Under the pieces are notes generated by a model that had not been told where the DNA came from, searched no databases, and worked only from the letters and a program-made list of their open reading frames with translations. A stretch of DNA of 64,000 bases from a virus (Duplodnaviria; Caudoviricetes). The position numbers and the translations under genes are program-made. The stretch lies in IMG/VR virus record IMGVR_UViG_3300009095_000011, positions 1 through 64,000 of that record; one strand, given 5' to 3'. Positions 42,234 through 49,038 of this stretch are shown here, one piece after another. How positions within the stretch are numbered: the first letter of the stretch is position 1; each line of letters starts with the position of its first letter.

Positions 42234-42811
42234 TATGATTTATTGGATTTAAGACTAAATGCTGCCCTTACAAGACTAAGATATGTTTCATCTCTAATAT
42301 GATATCCTTTTCGGTGCCAATGTGGTATTCTCATTAAACAATCTCTAACAACTCTTAGATCATCAAATGAAGTAGGTATTAATTGTTGTTGATCAAAACT
42401 TACTCTATCAATGTGAATTGTATTTGCTTCCAATTCTTTTTTGTATCCAATCTTTCCATTTTGTATTATAAATTTAGATTGGCTTATTTTAAATTCAAAT
42501 TGAGTTGTGGGAACTTTAAGCAATTGAATAATAATTCCGTTAAAATTATAAGTCTTAGCTGTTTTAGTTTCATACATAAAAACAAAATCTTTATTATCGT
42601 TTATGAAATTGCTGAAACTTAAATCAGTTGTTTCAAAATCATAATCTTTAGGATCTCTATCATCTAATATATCAACAACTGCACCACCAATTAGGTGAGC
42701 TTCAATATAGCTATATTTTTTATTTTCATTTGCTTTAGCAATAATCTCCATAAACTGTTTAATGACAGGATGAGATTCTAATTTTTCAATCATTTGCAAT
42801 TCAGTCATCAT
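42233..42811 (-). CDS. Nucleotidyltransferase (CCA-adding/poly(A) polymerase head-like domain)
   Basis: LIGGAVVDIL...PKDYDF. Confidence 0.65.
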   Translation of the reverse strand: MMTELQMIEKLESHPVIKQFMEIIAKANENKKYSYIEAHLIGGAVVDILDDRDPKDYDFETTDLSFSNFINDNKDFVFMYETKTAKTYNFNGIIIQLLKVPTTQFEFKISQSKFIIQNGKIGYKKELEANTIHIDRVSFDQQQLIPTSFDDLRVVRDCLMRIPHWHRKGYHIRDETYLSLVRAAFSLKSNKS

Positions 42812-43833
42812 ATCTCTTTCAATTTTTCAAGTCCATATTTATTATCAGTAATTTTATTATCGCTACAGAACGATTTAAAAGCGTCTACAATCGATTTTTT
42901 ATTATGGGTGATGTTCTTACTCATTTCCTTATCAGATAATGGCTTATCGACGGTATTATGGCTTAAATCAAAGGAGATACCAGCTTGAGTTAACAAGGAA
43001 GTGTCAAATGACTTGACTTTGGCTTGATCACCCTTGATTTTGATTCGGATATTATTGCCACTTTGTTTTTCTTGTTGAAGTTGTAGGATTTCTTTTGAGG
43101 TAAGTTGTTCAACATTGATTTCATATTTGATGTACAAAGGAAAGTGAGATTGAATAAATTCAATTGATCCATCATTATAAAGAATTGTAAAACCCTTTTG
43201 ATCATCCTCTCCAAAGTTGGCCTGATATGTACTTCCGATATAATGAATTGGGAATTGATCAAAACTCTGTCTATTATGGAAATGACCTACTAAAGTTTTA
43301 TCAAATTGTGCAAATGCATTTGCTGGCACTACATCTTGTTGCACTGATCCATCATTATTATTTACCCCGTTGATTGCAACATGGGTTAGGAGGATGTTTG
43401 TTTCTTTAGTATCAATATTGATATCTTGCAATCTTTGCATATAACTTCCAGATTCTTTGAAGAATGGCAGAAAATGTACATTAATGTTGCCAAAATGTAC
43501 ATTTGAATAATCTCGTATAACTACAAAGATAGTTGAATTGAATACATCAAGAAAGCTATCCTCACTATCATAATCTGTTCGATCGTGATTACCGGCTATG
43601 ATGGCCACCATGATCTTATTATCTTTGAACTTATCAATTATCCTCTGAGTAGCCTTTAATACAGATAATGGCTGTCCAGTACGTGAATTAAACCAATCCC
43701 CACCATGAAGGATTGTGTCTATTTTCAATTCCTTGCATTTAGCAATAGCCTGATCAAAGATGTTTTCTACAAGAGAAATATTGTCAGGCTTTAGGTGTGT
43801 ATCTGTTAGTATGAGTGCTATGGGTTTCTTCAT
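42808..43833 (-). CDS. sbcD: SbcD/Mre11-like nuclease
   Basis: TDTHL, GGDWF, GNHD, GHFH, YIGS..Q.NFGE. Confidence 0.9.
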   Translation of the reverse strand: MKKPIALILTDTHLKPDNISLVENIFDQAIAKCKELKIDTILHGGDWFNSRTGQPLSVLKATQRIIDKFKDNKIMVAIIAGNHDRTDYDSEDSFLDVFNSTIFVVIRDYSNVHFGNINVHFLPFFKESGSYMQRLQDINIDTKETNILLTHVAINGVNNNDGSVQQDVVPANAFAQFDKTLVGHFHNRQSFDQFPIHYIGSTYQANFGEDDQKGFTILYNDGSIEFIQSHFPLYIKYEINVEQLTSKEILQLQQEKQSGNNIRIKIKGDQAKVKSFDTSLLTQAGISFDLSHNTVDKPLSDKEMSKNITHNKKSIVDAFKSFCSDNKITDNKYGLEKLKEI

Positions 43834-44035
43834 GTTCTCTTTTGATTGCTTGTAAATTATCTTCTATGTATTCAAACACTTCTCGGTAAGTTTTATAAGT
43901 GTAAGATTTAGGGCTTATGTTTTCTTTAAGCCACAGTAAATGATGCGCAGGAACGTAAATCATTTCAGTTCCCTTATGTTTACCAAATGGCATTATATCG
44001 GTGTCTTTCATAGCACAGTAATTAAGAATTGACAA
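43784..44035 (-). CDS. Small MPFGKHKG-motif protein (DUF3820-like)
   Basis: MPFGKHKG...VP..HLLWL. Confidence 0.65.
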   Translation of the reverse strand: MSILNYCAMKDTDIMPFGKHKGTEMIYVPAHHLLWLKENISPKSYTYKTYREVFEYIEDNLQAIKREHEETHSTHTNRYTPKA

Positions 44036-44138
44036 ACTTCTTTACTCTATTGGGAATGCGAGGTAATTCACGAAATTCTGCAAGAAGATGTTGATCTGTG
44101 AGATCATGAGGCAGGATGCCTATATTGATGCGAGTCAT
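44022..44138 (-). pseudogene. denV: Truncated pyrimidine-dimer DNA glycosylase (T4 endonuclease V-like)
   Basis: Hand translation MTRINIGILPHDLTDQHLLAEFRELPRIPNRVKKFVNS* resembles the T4 DenV N-terminus; stops after 38 aa. Confidence 0.75.
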
Positions 44139-44197
44139 GTTACAATTTTTGTTTACGATTTATGATGTAAATGTAAGGATTATATTTCGCAAAGTCA

Positions 44198-44444
44198 GTG
44201 AACTACACATCCACACTTCGTGATGAATGTGCTTCGAGTTTCATAGCTTGTGCTTACTGCTTCCGAAGAAGTTAGGAGTCTTATTTTTGCTCCACTCGTG
44301 TACTCGCAAGTCCCTTACGAGGTTTTAATGTCTTATACTGACAATGCAAATATATAACAAATATTTTAATCTACCAAATTATTTTGTATTTTTTGTCGCT
44401 TACATCCAAACCACTAAAGATGGTTTGGTTTTACGCTCCGTCAT
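44198..44444 (-). mobile_element. 247-bp non-autonomous IS200/IS605-type element (no ORF)
   Basis: Left end ATGACGGAGCGTAAAACC + hairpin, right end hairpin + GTAGTTCAC; TTTAT 5' of the left end; internal promoter. Confidence 0.75.
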
Positions 44445-44446
44445 AT

Positions 44447-44474
44447 AAAAATGGGGGAGAAATATTCTCCCCCA
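44447..44474 (-). terminator. Rho-independent terminator of the SSB gene
   Basis: GGGGAGAA-loop-TCTCCCC followed by T-run. Confidence 0.7.
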
Positions 44475-44504
44475 TCTCTAACAACCATATAACCTAAACA
44501 ACAA

Positions 44505-45665
44505 CTATTTACCTTTATTCATCTTAGCTTTTAATGCAGCTAATTTTTGCTTCATTTCGTCAGGAGAAAGATTTTTTGATGGATAATTCTGCACAGGATC
44601 AGCTTCGACAGCAACCTTTTCAACTTCTGGCTCAGATTCATCCTGCTGCATTTCTTTGATCCACCTATCATCCTTACCATTAGATTGATTTACAGGATGA
44701 TCAGCTTTAGGTTGACCACCTTTTTCAAATGGCAAGCCATTATCATCAGTATCATCGCTATCTTTTGATTCAGGAGCATCAGGATACAAGGCAGCAAGTT
44801 CTTCGCATACATTTAGGAAATCATCATCTGCAAATACTCCAAGTGCATTTTGTTGATCGTATAGTTCAAGTCCCTCAATTGCTTTCTCAAAATCTTTAGA
44901 AGTATAAGAATTAACAAATAAGGATTCTAAAGAATCCATTTCGGCAAACTTTTCAAGATCGCTATCTGAAAGAGGTGCTGAAATTGGAACAAAATCTTTA
45001 GTAACGAAACTAACCTTATATACATCTTGAGGCTTTACATCATCGCCAGTGTTATATACAATCTTTACCAAACGTCCTGTATCTGGATCAGTGAACGGAT
45101 CAACTTGCATAGGTTGATCTGAATCTTCACTCATACCCAATTCATCTTGTTTGTATTTGATAGAGGGTTTTACTTCTAAACGACCAAAAGAAGTTCCTTT
45201 GGAGTTTTTAACATTAGCATATCCTACCCAAGAGTACACAGGATTAATTCCTGTTTTCCAGTGGTACAACGAATCAATCTTTTTCTTGATTTCAGACGCA
45301 TCTGTTTCATCTCTTTGAATGATTCTTTTTGCTGCTGCTATATATTCCTCAACAATATCTTTAGGTGTGCCAGCATGAATACGAGCATTAAACACAGGTC
45401 GCTTTTTTAATTCAACCTTTTTCTTACCCTTATCGTCAGTTGTTTCTATATTAAAAGGCAACCAACTGATACATTTTTGATAAATATAGCTCAGAGTATT
45501 GGGGTGTGGTGGATACCACCTTACAACATTATCTCCCTTCTCAAGATTGATATATCCTGGACGAGTGTTGTTGTTTTTAGGTCTAAGAGCTTCTGCTTCT
45601 TGTTTTTGTTTTTGTAGGTCAGCTACTTTAGCTGCCTGAAATTTTGACCGATCAAATTTTGCCAT
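44505..45665 (-). CDS. Single-stranded DNA-binding protein (gp32-like)
   Basis: GDNVVRWYPP, DPFTDPDTGR, long acidic tail with DDNGLPF; lies in the replication/recombination module. Confidence 0.65.
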   Translation of the reverse strand: MAKFDRSKFQAAKVADLQKQKQEAEALRPKNNNTRPGYINLEKGDNVVRWYPPHPNTLSYIYQKCISWLPFNIETTDDKGKKKVELKKRPVFNARIHAGTPKDIVEEYIAAAKRIIQRDETDASEIKKKIDSLYHWKTGINPVYSWVGYANVKNSKGTSFGRLEVKPSIKYKQDELGMSEDSDQPMQVDPFTDPDTGRLVKIVYNTGDDVKPQDVYKVSFVTKDFVPISAPLSDSDLEKFAEMDSLESLFVNSYTSKDFEKAIEGLELYDQQNALGVFADDDFLNVCEELAALYPDAPESKDSDDTDDNGLPFEKGGQPKADHPVNQSNGKDDRWIKEMQQDESEPEVEKVAVEADPVQNYPSKNLSPDEMKQKLAALKAKMNKGK

Positions 45666-46045
45666 TGTTTAATTTAATTGTTTTTGCTTTGTTTATATAT
45701 ACCTTATTGATTGAATAAGTTCTTAATTATTATTGATTACAACGAATTGATTTGCATTGAATGTGATGGGCTTGTCTTTGATGAAGATCGACTGAATCTC
45801 TTCAAATTCAAAGTGAAGGATTCCATTAATGACATGCTGTCTTTTGATTGTGTAATTGTTGAATAATCGTGGGAGGTCTGGTTTTAATGCCTTGATGATT
45901 CGTTTATCTAATTGATGAGAGAAATCATCATTAATACAAAAAACCTTAATTTTAACAGTTTTGTTTACAATTTCCATAATAGCCTTATTAGTTTGAAAAA
46001 TTTTGATAAAAATAATAGATCGTGATTTAAAACACAAGCAAAATA

Positions 46046-46624
46046 TTAATTTTTAATTTCATAACCTGCTTCATTTGGCGATGGAATATACACATTGTGC
46101 TCTATTGCAGCCCAATCTCTTATTGATTCAATATATTGACTAAATTCATAAGTGTCTTTGTCAGTGGTTGTTAATGGAATATTTCGAGTTTGAGTGATTG
46201 TAATAAACTTACCATACTTAGGCCAATTGTCAATATCAATCACTGTATATTTTGGTAACAAAGGGAGCTTATTGGAACTGATTAGCATATCATTGATATC
46301 TTTTTCTTCGAGATATTGTGCAGGTTTTTCAAATTCAAATATACTATCATCATAAACCTCAAAGTATTCGGTTTTTATTTCAATCTTTCTGCTATTGAAT
46401 TGTAGTTTGAGAATCTCATGCATCTCATCTGTATTATATCCAAAATAATCACTAAGGATTTTAACTACCACTGCAAAATAGTAACTGTTCTGTTCCCTTG
46501 ATCTATTTCTTCGATACTTCTTTATAGAAAACCAGTAAGCAATATCTTCAAGTGTTTCAAGATGTTTGAGTACTTTATCTCTGTGATGAGGATTAGACCA
46601 GTCTATAAGGATATCAAGGTTCAT
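46046..46624 (-). CDS. NinB/Orf-like recombination protein
   Basis: [32 protein letters not shown]....V.IP.P. Confidence 0.7.
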   Translation of the reverse strand: MNLDILIDWSNPHHRDKVLKHLETLEDIAYWFSIKKYRRNRSREQNSYYFAVVVKILSDYFGYNTDEMHEILKLQFNSRKIEIKTEYFEVYDDSIFEFEKPAQYLEEKDINDMLISSNKLPLLPKYTVIDIDNWPKYGKFITITQTRNIPLTTTDKDTYEFSQYIESIRDWAAIEHNVYIPSPNEAGYEIKN

Positions 46625-47433
46625 ATTGGTAATGGAATTTTATTGAGCAAATTAGTACTTACATGGGTGTATATTTCTGTAGTCTTACTTGAATTGTGTC
46701 CTAATAACTTCTGAATTATCCTTATATCAGTTCCATTCTCTAACAATGAAGTTGCACTTGAATGTCTTAATTGATGAAAATGATATTGATTGCCCAAATA
46801 TTTCTTTATAATTTGATTACAAGAAGTGGATGAATATTGAAGACAATTTTGACCATTAAATAAATATTCTTTTGGTTTATATTGTTTATAATAGTCTCTA
46901 AGTAATTTAAGAATATTTTCACTTAATGGGACAACTCTATCTTTTCTACCCTTGGCATTTTTGATATTAATTATCATTCGCTTACTGTCAATATCCTTAA
47001 TTTTAAGATTGATTACCTCAGATACCCTAAGTCCTACAGAATATGCAAGCGAAATAATTGCTTTATGTTTAATGTTTTCAATCTTGGGAATCTTATCTAA
47101 AAGATATTTTTGATCGATTATTTGAGGTAATTTTTTCTCTTTCTTTGGTCTGGTAAATGAAACCTTATCATACTTTTTGTTTAAGCCAAACTTATATAAA
47201 AACCTAATGGCATTTATGACTTGATTTTGTTGAGAAATAGAGGAGAAATTGTATTGATCAAGATAGGATTGGAAATCGCTTGCAACTAAATGTTGATAAT
47301 ACTTACCTGTACTTTGAATAAACTTATCTATATAGTGAATATAGATACTTATCGTTCTTTCTGAGTAATTAAGATATTTAAGCTTTCGTTCGCAAATCTT
47401 TAAAATATCTTCTTTTTTCTTATTCATAATCAA
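46621..47433 (-). CDS. Tyrosine recombinase (integron-integrase-like, no IntI-specific insertion visible)
   Basis: N-terminal SAM-like domain (YSERTISIY); catalytic GLRVSE, KGRKDR, HQLRH, LLGH, TEIY; ATG at 47427. Confidence 0.93.
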   Translation of the reverse strand: MIMNKKKEDILKICERKLKYLNYSERTISIYIHYIDKFIQSTGKYYQHLVASDFQSYLDQYNFSSISQQNQVINAIRFLYKFGLNKKYDKVSFTRPKKEKKLPQIIDQKYLLDKIPKIENIKHKAIISLAYSVGLRVSEVINLKIKDIDSKRMIINIKNAKGRKDRVVPLSENILKLLRDYYKQYKPKEYLFNGQNCLQYSSTSCNQIIKKYLGNQYHFHQLRHSSATSLLENGTDIRIIQKLLGHNSSKTTEIYTHVSTNLLNKIPLPI

Positions 47434-47470
47434 TAGTTTACAAGTTAAATCTTATATATAATAGTTAGGC
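47422..47470 (+). other. attI-like site of cassette array C
   Basis: GTTAGGC core at 47464 immediately upstream of the integrase start; motif shared with 31437-31485. Confidence 0.7.
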
Positions 47471-47480
47471 ACAATAAAAA

Positions 47481-47786
47481 TTATTCCTCTGGTGTATCTA
47501 ACATATATCTCCAATATTTAACGTCTGTAAAATCAGTGTACCAACTACCAGCACCTAAAATAAACCAATTATATTCGTGTTTGGGACTACCAGTTCTTTT
47601 TATCAACTGTAATTTTGCTGGAGTCCATATATCATCATAAAACACCAAAACATAATCACTTTCTCTTTTTTCTTCAACACTTCCTTCTCTTTTATCGCAT
47701 TCTGCAATTTCCCAAACTTCATTTCCTAGTTTTGGTATTTCATTAATTGTCAGTTTATAGTCCATAATTTTAAAAGTGCCTAACAA
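47481..47786 (-). CDS. Cassette C1 hypothetical protein
   Basis: ORF fills the cassette; likely start MDYKL; VKYWRY C-terminus. Confidence 0.6.
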   Translation of the reverse strand: MLGTFKIMDYKLTINEIPKLGNEVWEIAECDKREGSVEEKRESDYVLVFYDDIWTPAKLQLIKRTGSPKHEYNWFILGAGSWYTDFTDVKYWRYMLDTPEE

Positions 47787-47901
47787 AGTGTATAAGCAAT
47801 AGCCGTTAGACGTTTTAAACTATTGCAGTTGTTAATAATAATTTTTATTCTTCTAGTCAAGTTTTGTGTTCGGCTACTGCTCATACACTAAACCGTTGTG
47901 C
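47778..47901 (+). repeat. attC-like site C1
   Basis: GCCTAAC-AA-AGTGTATAAGCAATAGCCG...CGGCTACTGCTCATACACT-AAACC-GTTGTGC. Confidence 0.85.
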
Positions 47902-47907
47902 GCAATA

Positions 47908-48177
47908 CTACTCCGCTGGCTCATACGTTTTCACAAATATATCAGGCTTGCAGGGGTAAAATTCACCGTGTACGCCCTTTATAATCCAATCGCCTTTACG
48001 GGCTAAGTGGTCGCCTTCAAGAGTTTCAATGTAAAATGTTTGCGTTCCCATTTCTCCGGGCTTCCACTTGGTTAATCCCATATTCATAATGTGCTGCCAG
48101 CTTTCATCTGTGCCATCCCATTGAGCAGCTTCAATTACAACAGGTTTCTTTCTAAATTTCATATTCGTACTGCGCAC
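47908..48177 (-). CDS. Cassette C2 conserved phage protein (RKKPVVIEA...[11 protein letters not shown] family)
   Basis: Motif set widespread in phages; likely start MKFRKK. Confidence 0.75.
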   Translation of the reverse strand: MRSTNMKFRKKPVVIEAAQWDGTDESWQHIMNMGLTKWKPGEMGTQTFYIETLEGDHLARKGDWIIKGVHGEFYPCKPDIFVKTYEPAE

Positions 48178-48301
48178 AACACAAAATAAAATGCAGTGGG
48201 TTGTACGTCTTATTTACACTGCTTGCCTGTCTGTTAGTTTCGGTCAGTCGGACAGCTCAGGCTTATCTATCCCACCGACATTTTATTCAAATTCGTTGTA
48301 G
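48174..48301 (+). repeat. attC-like site C2
   Basis: GCACAAC-ACAA-AATAAAATGCAGTGGG...CCCACCGACATTTTATT-CAAATTC-GTTGTAG. Confidence 0.8.
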
Positions 48302-48305
48302 GCAA

Positions 48306-48587
48306 TTAGTCTGCCCTTTCACCACTTCCAAAACAAGTAAGACAGGGCAATATTTCATTAGTACCTTTACCACTAAAACCTTCGCCTTCACAATTCGGGC
48401 AAACTAACTGTTCGCTTTGCCCTACAACATTAGATAAAACCAATAATGCTTGGTCTATCTGCCGTTCTTCTTCTTGTAATTCAGACGCTATTTCAGCTAT
48501 ATACTGATCTACTTCTTTTGGCATTTTCTGAAACTTTTTATCTATTTCAGACTTTCGTTTTATAAGGATGTTTATTACTTTCTTCAT
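48306..48587 (-). CDS. Cassette C3 protein with DnaJ-type CxxCxGxG zinc finger
   Basis: CPNCEGEG...CLTCFGSG; the N-terminal half is encoded in the attC loop and left arm. Confidence 0.65.
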   Translation of the reverse strand: MKKVINILIKRKSEIDKKFQKMPKEVDQYIAEIASELQEEERQIDQALLVLSNVVGQSEQLVCPNCEGEGFSGKGTNEILPCLTCFGSGERAD

Positions 48588-48619
48588 CGCATTACTGTTT
48601 TTATCATTATACGTTGTGC
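48422..48619 (+). repeat. attC-like site C3 with expanded coding loop
   Basis: CTACAAC-ATTA-GATAAAACCAATAATGC...GCATTACTGTTTTTATC-ATTATAC-GTTGTGC. Confidence 0.75.
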
Positions 48620-48620
48620 G

Positions 48621-48836
48621 CTATAATGGCTGAACACCTTCATCTTTCATTAATTCTTGTGCTTCTTTTGTAGCCATCAATACAGCTAATGCGGCATCAG
48701 CCATTCTTTCGACTTGATTTTTCCCGTACCAACAAAAGTCTTGTAATACAGGTAATTCAAATACCTTATCAATTGCATCAATTAATTCTTTTCTTACATC
48801 TTGTTCTTGCTTTGAAATCATAATATTACAGCGCAC
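48621..48836 (-). CDS. Cassette C4 hypothetical protein
   Basis: ORF fills the cassette; likely start MISKQ. Confidence 0.6.
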   Translation of the reverse strand: MRCNIMISKQEQDVRKELIDAIDKVFELPVLQDFCWYGKNQVERMADAALAVLMATKEAQELMKDEGVQPL

Positions 48837-48963
48837 AACATTGTATATAAATCAGTGGCGTTGTACGTCTATTTTGAACCACCTTTGCTGTTAATTTAGT
48901 TTTGTGCGGTTAGCAATCTTACAGCTATTAATCGCCACCGCTTCATATACTTTACCGTTGTGG
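48833..48963 (+). repeat. attC-like site C4
   Basis: GCACAAC-ATT-GTATATAAATCAGTGGCG...CGCCACCGCTTCATATAC-TTTACC-GTTGTGG; loop similar to C2 (TTGTACGTCT...CTGTTA). Confidence 0.8.
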
Positions 48964-48992
48964 TGCATTAAAACGATTGCACAACAACCATA

Positions 48993-49024
48993 CAAATATA
49001 AACGTTTTATCTATTAGATGCAAG
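48993..49024 (-). promoter_or_regulatory. Promoter at the distal end of array C, facing the integrase
   Basis: Minus strand TTG-N20-TATATTTG (Bacteroidota consensus). Confidence 0.65.
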
Positions 49025-49038
49025 AAAAGTGTGGAGAA

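Larger units (their letters stand above)
47464..48985 (+). mobile_element. Integron-like cassette array C (4 gene cassettes plus a terminal mini-unit)
   Basis: GTT cores at 47464, 47895, 48295, 48613, 48957; GTTAGGCAC/GTGCCTAAC, GTTGTGCGCA/TGCGCACAAC, GTTGTAGG/CCTACAAC, GTTGTGCGCT/AGCGCACAAC. Confidence 0.85.

Noticed and set aside
46621-47433. Lysogeny integrase marking a prophage boundary
   Set aside because: Phage genes continue on both sides, no host genes or repressor are nearby, and the gene abuts the cassette array.
31479-48985. CRISPR array interpretation of the repeated GTT...AAC units
   Set aside because: The repeats are not identical, vary from about 55 to 198 bp, and are separated by whole ORFs; no cas genes are present.
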